NCBI GenBank assembly: GCA_002499195.1
Contig: DAKS01000018.1
Span: forward strand, 24,905-88,904
DNA: 64,000 bases
Direction of reading: 5' to 3'
From: Euryarchaeota archaeon UBA443
GTDB lineage: Archaea > Thermoplasmatota > Poseidoniia > Poseidoniales > Poseidoniaceae
Below, one piece after another: positions 50,054 through 60,011 of the stretch. The position numbers and the translations under genes are program-made. Under the pieces are notes generated by a model. The model ran no database searches and was not told where the DNA came from. It saw only the letters and a list, made by a program, of their open reading frames with translations. The stretch's first letter is position 1; each line of letters opens with the position of its first letter.

Positions 50054-50710
50054 TTATGAGGGTGTTCGTCGAATCGCAAGTGCAAATTCAGAACCAATAC
50101 TTATTGCATCATCTGAATCAATGGCAACTTGCATGAGTTGCTTGCCCATTTTGCCTCTACTTCTCATACGTGTAAGGACTTCTTGCCCGATGTAACAGCC
50201 TTTGTCTTCATGAACAAGGTGAGCTAGACCGCAATTAAATGGATGAAAATCCGGTGTAATTTCATATCCTTGGTATGGAATGAGGTTTCGAGTACGATAG
50301 TCAATAAATTCAGCATTTGTGATCGTAGTTTCAAGAGGATTCTTTGTTGATGTAACGATAATCCACCCAAGATATGATCGTGCAATCGTCATTCCTTCCC
50401 GATGTTCTAAAGGTTCAGTGCTCAAGTAAACGTTGTTGATCGAGGATATATCTCGAATAGCAACATCTTGTTGCAGTATTCGTGGCTGTAGATGGCTCAA
50501 TACATTGTCCTTGTAGGGTCCATAGCCAACGATTGCGATATTTTCTCCAACTTCAATGATGTCGATAACATCAATGATTTTTGCATTTGTAGTTGTTAGC
50601 ACTGTGCTACAGGATTTGTCCACTTTGTTAGTTGAGAGACCATCGAAAAACGATAAACGGTCAGAACCAGAAACAATCAGAACGTACGCATCAAGTTGGA
50701 TGATGCCCAT
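50054..50710 (-). CDS. ygfZ: YgfZ/IBA57-like folate-binding Fe-S maturation protein
   Basis: SGSDRLSFFDGLSTN and KGCYIGQE signature. Confidence 0.85.
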   Translation of the reverse strand: MGIIQLDAYVLIVSGSDRLSFFDGLSTNKVDKSCSTVLTTTNAKIIDVIDIIEVGENIAIVGYGPYKDNVLSHLQPRILQQDVAIRDISSINNVYLSTEPLEHREGMTIARSYLGWIIVTSTKNPLETTITNAEFIDYRTRNLIPYQGYEITPDFHPFNCGLAHLVHEDKGCYIGQEVLTRMRSRGKMGKQLMQVAIDSDDAISIGSEFALAIRRTPS

Positions 50711-50719
50711 GATCGTTCC

Positions 50720-51100
50720 TCAAGCAAAGGATTCACCGCATCCACACGAACTGGATGCATTTGGGTTGTTGATTTTGAATCCACCACCCATAAGACGGTC
50801 GACGTAATCAACCTCGATCCCATCCAAAAGGTGCGAAGATGCTTTTGGTACGAGAACTCTGAAACCTGAAATTTCTAATTCTTGGCAGTCGACATCAGTT
50901 GATTCCACAATTTGAAGGTCGTACATGTAGCCGGAACATCCTCCCGACAATACACCGACCAACAATGCATGACTTCTATCATCACCAAATGCATCTGTGA
51001 GCATTTCAATCGCCTTTTCTGTAATGGTCAATGAAACATCCACAACCTTTGGTTGTATGACTTCAATCGCTGGAGCCGTCTCGCAAGTTCCGCAGTCCAT
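50720..51100 (-). CDS. A-type Fe-S carrier (HesB/IscA family)
   Basis: GGCSG, IEVDY, NPNA-SSCGCGESF. Confidence 0.93.
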   Translation of the reverse strand: MDCGTCETAPAIEVIQPKVVDVSLTITEKAIEMLTDAFGDDRSHALLVGVLSGGCSGYMYDLQIVESTDVDCQELEISGFRVLVPKASSHLLDGIEVDYVDRLMGGGFKINNPNASSSCGCGESFA

Positions 51101-51141
51101 ACCTAGTCCACCAGCCCGTCCATTATCAATCTGACCTCGAT

Positions 51142-53400
51142 TCAGCGGCGAGCAAGTTTCTTCTTTCGCTCTTTTTCAAGAATTGTGCAACGTCGAATTT
51201 GTTCCTTTGCTCGCTTTGCTTCTTCATCCGAAAGGCCTCTAGGAAGGGATTGTTCATAGCACTTTATTGCATCAGGAAAACGTTCCATTTCTGCATAGGC
51301 AGTACCCATGTTGTACAAGGTCTGCCCACGTACATTCGATGGATCAATCATCATGGCTTTGTGATACGATTCAACACATGCTGGATACTCTTCGAGGAAG
51401 TAATATGCATTGCCGCGACCATTGAGGATTCGAATTACCATTTGATTATCGCCAGCAAATGATGGAAGCGCTCTATCGAAAGATGATAGTGCTTCACGAT
51501 ATTTTCCATCCTCTATCAGTTGAACTCCTTGATTATACCAAGAAATATCTTGATTGGCCACAGAACTTGAGTTTGAAGAAATTATTGGGTTTACTTGCAC
51601 TGTTGTAGTCGCATCGAGTGCAGCCTTCGCCAGATCTACCTCGACATTGACTTCTTGTTCAACGACTTTATCCGGTTGCTCAATAGGTGTAAGCAACAGT
51701 TCATTCGCCGCATTTGTTTCAGGTACGATTTCTTCTTTTATCGGCTCAGCAACAATTTCTGGTGTTTGTTCAAACGATTGAACTGGTTCTGGTGTTAGTG
51801 CTGGAGTTTCTGAGACAACCTCTGGAGGAGATTCCAATTCCCGCGCCTTTGTATGACACCGTTGAGCCGTTTCAATATCACCGGCTGCTTCGAGGGATTT
51901 TGCAAGCCCTTTCCAAAGTGCAGAATTTTCTTTATCGGTTTGTATGAGTTCTTTCCAAACAGTAACCGCTTCAATATTTTCTCCTTTCAAAGTCAACGCC
52001 CGAGCACGGTCAATGGATGCGCCAGGACTCAACAAATCAAGGGCGTATTGAGCCAATTGTGGTGCTTCTGGCATGGTGGGAGGTATCCCGGTAATATATT
52101 CGAGAACCTCAACCTCTGTCTCACCACACTGGAGGAGCATTTGTACGATTTCATCTCGTAATTCTGAATCATCTTGACCTTCCAGAAGGATCATGCCATG
52201 AGAAATTATGGTTCCAACATCGTTCTCTTCCTTTGCATAATCAATCAACTTTCGTCGGGCCTTTACATGTCTCTTATCGAGCTCGATCGTCGTTTCAAAA
52301 GCTTCTTTTGCACCAGCATCATTTCCGTTACGTGCATATAGGCTACCAAGGTTATACCACCCAGATGCAATCGTTTCATCGAGTTTTGTAGCGTGTTCAA
52401 GTGCTGCAATTGCATGGGTATCCAATTCCATTCTTGCCATTGCCCCTCCGGCTATTCTCCAAGCACCTGCATGCTGTGCACCAATTGTTTTTAGGTGGGG
52501 CTTCAATAGAGCAAGTGCCTTTTTCGGCTCACCCTGTCGAATTAGTTCAGTTGCTTCATCGGTCAATCGATCTAGATTGATTTCCTCAACAATTGGCCGT
52601 TGTTCGATTTCAGTCTCGATCGACTCATCTATTTTCTCTTCAACAATTTGTGTTGCTGCAACAATACTTGCAGCACTCTTGAGTTCTTCTTTATCGAGAT
52701 GGCCATCACCGTCAAGGTCGTGATGGGTCGCTTCTGCAAGGATTGCTTCCGAGTCTTCGACACCTGTTTCTTCCATGACAACGTTTAGAGTAGATTCTTG
52801 ATGTGTTGCTTTTGTAACCGTTGATTCAATGGCATCTGGTACTTCTTCTACCGGTGCATGTTTCGTACGATTCAACACATCGGTTAAACTCGGATGTCCT
52901 GGGAAGAATTCCAATCCGCGACGCGCCATTGCGGCTGCACCCGCATCGTCTCCGATTCGGTCAAGTAGAATAGCAAGATTTGCCGTAGCAGGGGCATGTT
53001 CTGGATTTAGATCAAGGCATATTTGGAATGCTTGTCGTGCTCCACGAGCATCTTGTTGTGCTTCAAGAAGTACACCTCGATTGAACCATGCCATGTCGCT
53101 TGATGGATCCAGAGCGATAGCTTTGTTGAATACTACCAAAGCCTCTTGAGGTGAATTGGAACGGGATTTGTATTCGCCTTCTTCGATGAGTGATCTAACT
53201 TGATCTTCAATGCTAACATCCTCTTCAGAATTGTCGGTTTCTTCTGCGGCAGTAACTTCTTCCTCAACCGTTTCTTCTATTGTTTCGGATTCCTCGACCA
53301 CTTCTTCTGAAGCCACCATGGAACCCAATCCTGCGGACTTCAATGCGTCCGCCATATCGTTCATCAATGCATTTGACATGTCATCGTCCTCTGCACTCAT
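51142..53400 (-). CDS. Acidic tetratricopeptide-repeat protein
   Basis: Multiple TPRs (AWFNRGVLL, GWYNLGSLY, LNGRGNAYY, LYNMGTAY) separated by Glu-rich linkers; one EF-hand-like loop. Confidence 0.88.
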   Translation of the reverse strand: MSAEDDDMSNALMNDMADALKSAGLGSMVASEEVVEESETIEETVEEEVTAAEETDNSEEDVSIEDQVRSLIEEGEYKSRSNSPQEALVVFNKAIALDPSSDMAWFNRGVLLEAQQDARGARQAFQICLDLNPEHAPATANLAILLDRIGDDAGAAAMARRGLEFFPGHPSLTDVLNRTKHAPVEEVPDAIESTVTKATHQESTLNVVMEETGVEDSEAILAEATHHDLDGDGHLDKEELKSAASIVAATQIVEEKIDESIETEIEQRPIVEEINLDRLTDEATELIRQGEPKKALALLKPHLKTIGAQHAGAWRIAGGAMARMELDTHAIAALEHATKLDETIASGWYNLGSLYARNGNDAGAKEAFETTIELDKRHVKARRKLIDYAKEENDVGTIISHGMILLEGQDDSELRDEIVQMLLQCGETEVEVLEYITGIPPTMPEAPQLAQYALDLLSPGASIDRARALTLKGENIEAVTVWKELIQTDKENSALWKGLAKSLEAAGDIETAQRCHTKARELESPPEVVSETPALTPEPVQSFEQTPEIVAEPIKEEIVPETNAANELLLTPIEQPDKVVEQEVNVEVDLAKAALDATTTVQVNPIISSNSSSVANQDISWYNQGVQLIEDGKYREALSSFDRALPSFAGDNQMVIRILNGRGNAYYFLEEYPACVESYHKAMMIDPSNVRGQTLYNMGTAYAEMERFPDAIKCYEQSLPRGLSDEEAKRAKEQIRRCTILEKERKKKLARR

Positions 53401-53503
53401 ACGCTTCTCCCATTCTTTGGCATGACTGTTATTGTATAAGCATAATTGTTTATTGAGCAGGAGAAATCAATGGATTCATCTATTGCTTGTACGTGGGAAT
53501 TGC

Positions 53504-54055
53504 ATGGCGGACACTCCACTCAAGGTGATGGGCCTTTCAGGATCAATTGGACGACAATCGAAGAATGGTATGCTGGTTGATTTGGCTCTTAGCAAGGCCG
53601 AAAAGATGGGAGCTGAGATTCATTTCTGGGATCTTCAAGAAAAACCACTACCGCTTGTAGGAGAAGATGGTTGTTGGTCAAATCCAATCGTCAAGGAATT
53701 TCAAGAAATGGCATCTTCCTGCGATGCGTTTCTTGTCTCCTCACCAGAGTACCATGGCACTATGTCCGGCGTCATGAAGAATACTTTCGATTGGGTCTAC
53801 GATCAACATGTAGGAGGTAAAGTGTTTGGATTAATGTCCACATTAGGAGGAATGTCCAATTCAAACACCCTCAATCATATGCGGATTATGCTTCGGTGGC
53901 TCCATGCCAATCCGGTTTCTCAGCAACTTGCAGTTGGTCATGTGAAGGAAGCCTTCGATGATGATGGAAATTTTGTTGACTCTTCAATGGATGAACGTTT
54001 GGATTCACTTGTTGAATCTGTTCTGAAAACTGCTATGATGTATCGTAATTCGTGA
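53504..54055 (+). CDS. NAD(P)H-dependent FMN reductase (flavodoxin-like)
   Basis: GLSGSIGRQS, SPEYHGTMSGVMKNTFDW, GKVFGL. Confidence 0.9.
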   Translation: MADTPLKVMGLSGSIGRQSKNGMLVDLALSKAEKMGAEIHFWDLQEKPLPLVGEDGCWSNPIVKEFQEMASSCDAFLVSSPEYHGTMSGVMKNTFDWVYDQHVGGKVFGLMSTLGGMSNSNTLNHMRIMLRWLHANPVSQQLAVGHVKEAFDDDGNFVDSSMDERLDSLVESVLKTAMMYRNS

Positions 54056-54059
54056 TGTC

Positions 54060-54803
54060 ATGAACGATAATCGTCCATCCTTTGAAGACGCATTTGGTGG
54101 CATGTATCTTCTTGTCGAACCTGGTAGTTTTACTCTAGGTGATCAAGTTGGTTCAGGACATCCAAACGAATCACCTACGGTTTCTGTCGAAATTAAGGAG
54201 CCCTTTTTCCTAGGAGTTCGACCTGTAACCCAAATGCATTGGAGTAGTCTAATGGGGGAAAATCCATCGAAGTTCCAAGAGGGATGGAGTGCAGGACTTC
54301 GTCCAATAGAATCCATATCCTATATCGACATTGAATATTTCTTAACACGACTTAACGACCAGAACACCGAATATGTTGGTTTCCGCGGTACTTGGCGCTT
54401 ACCAACAGAAGCAGAATGGGAATACGTAGCGAAAGCAGGTACTTCGACAAGATGGTCGTTTGGAGATAAGGATTCTGAGTTGGACGCACATGGGTGGCAC
54501 GCAGGAAATAGTGGAGCGACTACAAGAGAAGTCGGTTCAAAAAAAGCAAATCCATGGGGCTATTTTGACATGCATGGATTGGTATATGAATTGATGAGCA
54601 GTCAATGGAAATCTTCTCATCAGGATGAGGATGAGTCAACAAAATCTGCAGACTGGGGAGAATACTACGTAGCCAAAGGAGGTTCTTGGTTTACAGAATC
54701 GGATTCAACACGTTCCTCATCCAGGCGCAGAGTACATCGTAATGATCGCAAAGATGGACTCGGATTACGACTCGTATGGGAGCCCACAGAGCCTGTGAAC
54801 TAA
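54060..54803 (+). CDS. FGE-sulfatase (SUMF1) domain protein
   Basis: GSFTLG, NESP, VTQ, RLPTEAEWEYVAK, NPWGYFDMHG, KGGSW, GLRL. Confidence 0.9.
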   Translation: MNDNRPSFEDAFGGMYLLVEPGSFTLGDQVGSGHPNESPTVSVEIKEPFFLGVRPVTQMHWSSLMGENPSKFQEGWSAGLRPIESISYIDIEYFLTRLNDQNTEYVGFRGTWRLPTEAEWEYVAKAGTSTRWSFGDKDSELDAHGWHAGNSGATTREVGSKKANPWGYFDMHGLVYELMSSQWKSSHQDEDESTKSADWGEYYVAKGGSWFTESDSTRSSSRRRVHRNDRKDGLGLRLVWEPTEPVN

Positions 54804-55294
54804 TCGCCATCACGTTGTTCAATGTCGGTTTCAAATGTAATCGTTTCACTGAGGTTTTGTCCTTGAGGGACTTCTCCAGGTTTAGTACTCCAATCGATTT
54901 GGTCGATATGGTCCACGAATCTCATGACATTCAATCCAATGAAAACTTGAATTCCTGCATGAGTCCGATGAACCACCGGAGATACCTCTTCATGGAAGGT
55001 CGAATTCATTAGTTCACAAACATCTGCAAAGGTTCGTTGGCCATTGCATAATTCCCACAATACACTGTTTTTGTCCAGAAGAGGTCTACGTAATTCTCGA
55101 GGGGCTCTCATCAATTTCGCAAAAATTCGTTCAATGCGTCCGAACTGCTTTTCAAAACGTAGCACAACCGTCTTGCCAGTACATCCATCAACATCAGGAT
55201 GTGGCCCAGATTCTCCTGTACGGCACCACCAAACAGGAAGGCGAACAGGATATTTGTCCGCAAGTGGATGATTTTCGAGGTCTACAAGTTCCAT
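54800..55294 (-). CDS. PqqD/RRE-like protein
   Basis: LLDKNSVLWELCNGQRTFADVCELM...F..E resembles PqqD-family L(D)xxGxxIWxxxDGxxT; start MELVDL (ORF track 55324). Confidence 0.6.
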   Translation of the reverse strand: MELVDLENHPLADKYPVRLPVWWCRTGESGPHPDVDGCTGKTVVLRFEKQFGRIERIFAKLMRAPRELRRPLLDKNSVLWELCNGQRTFADVCELMNSTFHEEVSPVVHRTHAGIQVFIGLNVMRFVDHIDQIDWSTKPGEVPQGQNLSETITFETDIEQRDGD

Positions 55295-55302
55295 AATAAC
55301 CC

Positions 55303-55476
55303 TCAGAAATCCGTCCATGTCCATATGACCAAACTTAGCATCGATACAATTCCACTCAATGCAGAAATGCGAACCAATTCTTGTCGCTGACTAAACTTGT
55401 CAAGGTACCAGGTGAGAATACCAAAAAATGCCACCGCCACCCAAAGGAAATACCAGATGGGACTGTCTTGGGCCAT
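55303..55476 (-). CDS. Small two-TM membrane protein
   Basis: 57 aa, two hydrophobic helices, fills gap in same-strand run. Confidence 0.65.
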   Translation of the reverse strand: MAQDSPIWYFLWVAVAFFGILTWYLDKFSQRQELVRISALSGIVSMLSLVIWTWTDF

Positions 55477-55503
55477 GTATCCCCATCTCGACACATTTCA
55501 TGG

Positions 55504-58500
55504 CTATTTCCCTAGACGGTCTAGGTATTGCTGTCCATAGTGGATCCACTGTTCCATGCTCCAACCATCGGGTAATCCACCATCTGGTAATGGAGGTGTT
55601 GAGGTTTCTGTAGCGGCCTCTGTTACCACTTCCACAGTCGCTTGTGTAGGCACTGTTTGCACAATTGTTTGTTGGCTAATTGGAGGGCCTGAAATGAAGG
55701 TTTCTTCCTCAACAGGTGTGTTTCTCTGCTTGCGAGCAATGAAGAGAATCGCTATGAGAATTAAGACGCCAATCCCTACAGCAATGAGGGTTGGCCCATT
55801 GATATTCTTTGAAAAGAAACCTTCCTCAGCAGCAGGTTTCTCAAATTCATAATTTCGAGTATCAGAGAATTGAATCACTTCATCGATAGTCGATGCGGTC
55901 AGGACGACATCCCCGATATAGGGTCCTCCTAGGCGTTGTATTTCACAGCGAATATCTTTGAACGCTTCTGTATTCCTGGCATATGGAAGAGATGCGTTTA
56001 CAGTTTCATCATTCGCAATCAATGTCCCATCACACATCATCTGCCAATTTTCTGGATATGTGAACGAGTAAGTGATGTCTTCTGTTTGCGTTGACAAACT
56101 GGTAAGATTCAACCAAACTTCACCGATGGTATCGATTGTATTGTTCTTGGATTCAGATAGTTGCATCTCGATTTTTCGTTGCTGATCAACGGTGATAAGA
56201 TTTTGATGCTCAAATCTGATCACATCTCCTTCTTCGTTCAATCCGCCCTCAACAAACATGGTCACAACAATTCTTGTGTTAAGTGGGACATCATCGCCAA
56301 TCATCACATCGATGAACAATAATTTACTTGTTCCAGGTCCCATTGGGAATGTTAGAACTTCTCCAGATTCAGAAGTTGGCCCTCCAATTCCCGCTGTCAT
56401 AAATGCAACAACATCGTTTGTTGGAGGTGATGTTGAAAGTTCAAATCCAACGTCCATGCTTGATTCCAATGCATTTCCAACATTCATGACAGTACCATTT
56501 ATTGTTACAGTCGAGCCAACCATCGCATGATAATCTAAGGGCGAACCATTCAATTCAGGGAAGTTGATTCGCCCAGTTATCATATCAACTTGAACCTCAT
56601 TGTTATCGAGTTGAAGATCTTGACCTTCAGGTTCGACACCAATAGTAACTGAATGGAACTCACCACCGGCTTCGGTCATAGGGACAAAGAGAAGAATTTC
56701 AACTTGCTCGACATCACTACCTGCATATGAAACCCCCAGATCCAGTGTTGGAGCCTCAAGTATGACGCCATCTAATCTCAGGGAGTATGTCCACGATGAA
56801 GGTGCATCGATGAGATTGATGGAGACACTTGTTGGGCCATTCCCATAATTCGTTACTTCAAGCTCAATCGTTGTTGTACCACCTGGTTTGAGTTCCGATT
56901 CAGAAGACAATATTTCGATTCCAACATCATATAGCGTTTCAATCATGATGTTGTTATAGGACGGTCCTTCGTATTGCATACCACTTCTAATCGATGTGAG
57001 GACTGGTTTGATCTCTGGAGCCATATCATTGGCTTGGGCATTGTTTGGTGCGGTCAAAGCGATGTAGAAGGAGGTCGATGCTCCAGGATTGATAACTATA
57101 GGAGGACGTTGTTCGGCTTCAACCAGCCAACCAATCGCTGGAATAAAATCAACAGATAAATCGAAACTATCTTGTCGACTTGCTAAGTTCGTAAGTGTAT
57201 ATGTGATTTCAATCCGTTCTCCTGCTGAAAGCATCGTCAATTGACTTGAATCAATATTGAGATCGATCTCTGCATTTGAAATCATTGAAGCTTGGATAAC
57301 AATTGCTTCAGTTGTAGTTCTCGATGTGTCGTTTTGAGCAATCATCGTGAACCAGAAATCTCCAGTCTTGTCAGGTGTTTCTCCAGAGGGAACAGTCATT
57401 ACAAATTTCACAGATTGAATTTGATTAGGAATGAGTCGAATCGATGACGATTGGTCAAAAGCGAGATTGGCGTTCCAACCTTGGTCCATGGACTTGGGAG
57501 CAACCTGCAGATCAAAAACATCCGTCGCCTGGCCAATGTTTTCAACTTCTACGTAAAATGCACAAGATGATCCAGGAGCACATTTCGGTTTAACCTCCGG
57601 AACATGAATGTGGGGTATTCGGTCTGCAGAAACCTGAAACTGCATTTGTTCTTGAACTGAAAAACTAGGATTTTGTATGCTGGTTGCCATAAATGTGAGG
57701 GGGACAAATCCAACACTAGCGTTAGGACTTGGTTGTAATTTGACATCAATTTGCCTTGATTCACCGGGGAGTAATCGCACTCCTGTATTGGGGTTAACAC
57801 CAGCACCGCTTGGGAATGAAAACGCTACATTCCAATCGTTTGGTAAATTGGTTACCGATGGAACCAATGAGTCACTAATGTTCCCAGTATTGGTCAATTC
57901 CAATCTGACTTTGCCCCAAGAACCAGGAATTGAACCGTCTGTGAAAACTCCTGATACATCTAGATTGTACTCTTCGGTTCGAGCAGATTGGTCGTAAACG
58001 ATAACAAAATCATCAAACCAATAACCGATATCAGTTCCCGATGAATCACTTGAAAACGTAAATTTAAATCGAGAATTAGAATGGAAATGTGTTGTTGCAT
58101 CGGCTGGAATTAATGGTGTTGTATGCCCCATATTATTGTTAGAAATCGTTTGCCAATTGGACAATGTCGCGCCAACAGTTCCTGCAATGGTTGCTAATTC
58201 ATCCCAGTTTCCTTGGTTATCGAAAGCATAGACTTTCATGGCATCGTTTTGTTGAGCGCTTCCAGCATAAAAGAAAGTCAGACCATTTGTTCTTGTTGGA
58301 CTCGAAACAATGTCGCTCATATCCCAAATTGGCGTCATTAAATCGGTTTGCAGGTTGTTGGTATAGGATCCAGATTGCCCCTGTCCAATATGGCATGATT
58401 GCCCCATACTCAGCGCGGTATCTGTGCTGGTTCCCCAATATGGACCGGCATTCCAACCAACGAGCGATGTGCATGTGAAGTAGAAATTTGCAACTGTATA

Positions 58501-59025
58501 ATGCCGATTCAGTGCATCGTTAGATGGGTTATCATCGACTCCTTGGAACGATGGAGTTACAACAAGTGTGTGATTGCCTGAATAATTGACATAGACGTTG
58601 TTAAAAGTCGCAGTACCTTGTCCATTGGCCGATAGGCTATTCATCGTAACGGAACGGTTTGCTAACTCAAATCTTTCGTATTCGTTATGGAGTACAAGCA
58701 TTTGAAGCGTTATGATTCCTGATGGCGTATTCCCATTATTTCGCACGGTCACTTCGATATCCATTGGGGTTGAATTAACCGTATCGACAACGAACAGACT
58801 TTCGGGCCGATCGAACCCGAGAATTGGATGATTCGATGAGAACATCTTGTACTGTGATTCATCGCTAGGATTCGAGTATCGAATGGATACATCGGTAGCA
58901 GATAGGTCAACACCGCTGTTTTTTGAAGTCCTGTGGACCTCATCAGGGGGGAGAATTTCAACATTGGAAATGGGTTGCAGGAGCAGCAGTACGATAAGCA
59001 CCCCTACCACACCGAACCTTGGCAT
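55504..59025 (-). CDS. Large cell-surface protein with CARDB/NEW3-like Ig repeats, TM anchor and conserved-looking cytoplasmic tail
   Basis: Signal peptide; repeated (V/L)xNxGN..D..L..W Ig-like units; MAM-like segment (GYWFDDF); TM then PPLPDGGLPDGWSMEQWIHYGQQYL. Confidence 0.85.
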   Translation of the reverse strand: MPRFGVVGVLIVLLLLQPISNVEILPPDEVHRTSKNSGVDLSATDVSIRYSNPSDESQYKMFSSNHPILGFDRPESLFVVDTVNSTPMDIEVTVRNNGNTPSGIITLQMLVLHNEYERFELANRSVTMNSLSANGQGTATFNNVYVNYSGNHTLVVTPSFQGVDDNPSNDALNRHYTVANFYFTCTSLVGWNAGPYWGTSTDTALSMGQSCHIGQGQSGSYTNNLQTDLMTPIWDMSDIVSSPTRTNGLTFFYAGSAQQNDAMKVYAFDNQGNWDELATIAGTVGATLSNWQTISNNNMGHTTPLIPADATTHFHSNSRFKFTFSSDSSGTDIGYWFDDFVIVYDQSARTEEYNLDVSGVFTDGSIPGSWGKVRLELTNTGNISDSLVPSVTNLPNDWNVAFSFPSGAGVNPNTGVRLLPGESRQIDVKLQPSPNASVGFVPLTFMATSIQNPSFSVQEQMQFQVSADRIPHIHVPEVKPKCAPGSSCAFYVEVENIGQATDVFDLQVAPKSMDQGWNANLAFDQSSSIRLIPNQIQSVKFVMTVPSGETPDKTGDFWFTMIAQNDTSRTTTEAIVIQASMISNAEIDLNIDSSQLTMLSAGERIEITYTLTNLASRQDSFDLSVDFIPAIGWLVEAEQRPPIVINPGASTSFYIALTAPNNAQANDMAPEIKPVLTSIRSGMQYEGPSYNNIMIETLYDVGIEILSSESELKPGGTTTIELEVTNYGNGPTSVSINLIDAPSSWTYSLRLDGVILEAPTLDLGVSYAGSDVEQVEILLFVPMTEAGGEFHSVTIGVEPEGQDLQLDNNEVQVDMITGRINFPELNGSPLDYHAMVGSTVTINGTVMNVGNALESSMDVGFELSTSPPTNDVVAFMTAGIGGPTSESGEVLTFPMGPGTSKLLFIDVMIGDDVPLNTRIVVTMFVEGGLNEEGDVIRFEHQNLITVDQQRKIEMQLSESKNNTIDTIGEVWLNLTSLSTQTEDITYSFTYPENWQMMCDGTLIANDETVNASLPYARNTEAFKDIRCEIQRLGGPYIGDVVLTASTIDEVIQFSDTRNYEFEKPAAEEGFFSKNINGPTLIAVGIGVLILIAILFIARKQRNTPVEEETFISGPPISQQTIVQTVPTQATVEVVTEAATETSTPPLPDGGLPDGWSMEQWIHYGQQYLDRLGK

Positions 59026-59054
59026 GTTGGTGAATTTGCTTTTACGTATTTGAT

Positions 59055-59876
59055 TTATTCGTTAGCATGTTCTTCGGTTGCTATCCTGAGTTTCTCTTCA
59101 TTTCGTCGCTCTTTGGCTCGAGCTGCAAAGTAAACGGTAAACGAAGGGATCAGGACCATTGAAAAACAACCAACAACGGCGGCAAGTGCCCAGAGAAATT
59201 CAGTTGCTGCATCGATTTCGAAAATTGCAATATTAGCAAACTCTTCATTGACAGTGTGGATGTTGACTTGTGGTTGAACCGATTTATCTCCTGGTTCAAT
59301 AATCTGGATGACGATTTGAGAGGGTTCGTGCGAATAGTTGATTTCTTTTCTGGCTAATTCTTCTGCCTCTGATAAACTGTCTGCATAAACGGTCCCATTC
59401 GATCTTCGTGCTGGATCTGTCGAAGTTAAGGATTGGATATTCACTTGACTTGAATCGGCTTCGACCTCTATGGATTCAGTATAGGTACAGTGTTCGGAAC
59501 ATCTAAAATCAACAGTTTTGCCATCGACTTCGACTTCTGCATCGGGGACACCAAGGAATGGATGAGAATACAATTTTCCTTCATTTGTCATTTTTACGAT
59601 GGCTCCACTGGCTAAGTTGTCAATGGTCATATTGATCCATGTAAGGTTTTGACCATCTGGAGATACTGTACCAATCCAAGTTGTTTCGTTGTTTTGAAAC
59701 ACCTTCGTGAGTTCGATATCTTCGAAAGAATTGTCTGTTGCCTCGGTTTCGTAGATGTAATAGTTTGGCGAAATCGTGGCCCCATACACTGCATATGATA
59801 GTAAAACAATGAGTGTAAGAGATAAACCGATGAGGGTTCTCAGAAGGTTTGGATTTTGGGCGAGAGCCTTCTTCAT
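59055..59876 (-). CDS. Hypothetical membrane protein (N- and C-terminal TMs, extracellular loop)
   Basis: GGAGG RBS before MKKALAQ; two TMs; CSEHC in loop. Confidence 0.7.
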   Translation of the reverse strand: MKKALAQNPNLLRTLIGLSLTLIVLLSYAVYGATISPNYYIYETEATDNSFEDIELTKVFQNNETTWIGTVSPDGQNLTWINMTIDNLASGAIVKMTNEGKLYSHPFLGVPDAEVEVDGKTVDFRCSEHCTYTESIEVEADSSQVNIQSLTSTDPARRSNGTVYADSLSEAEELARKEINYSHEPSQIVIQIIEPGDKSVQPQVNIHTVNEEFANIAIFEIDAATEFLWALAAVVGCFSMVLIPSFTVYFAARAKERRNEEKLRIATEEHANE

Positions 59877-60011
59877 TATACCTCCGAAAACGAAGCCATT
59901 GAAGAACACTTGCACGAGTCCAAAATCACAGGGATGCTCTTCAATCGTAGGTGCTAATCGCCCGCTTTATTCAAATAGGGGAGATAAGTCGCAAGGTTGC
60001 TTGGTGTAGTT

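Noticed and set aside
54060..55476. RiPP or PQQ biosynthetic cluster
   Set aside because: No pqqBCE, SPASM radical SAM, YcaO or lasso cyclase adjacent; the FGE-like gene is convergent; the small ORF is a two-TM protein rather than a typical precursor
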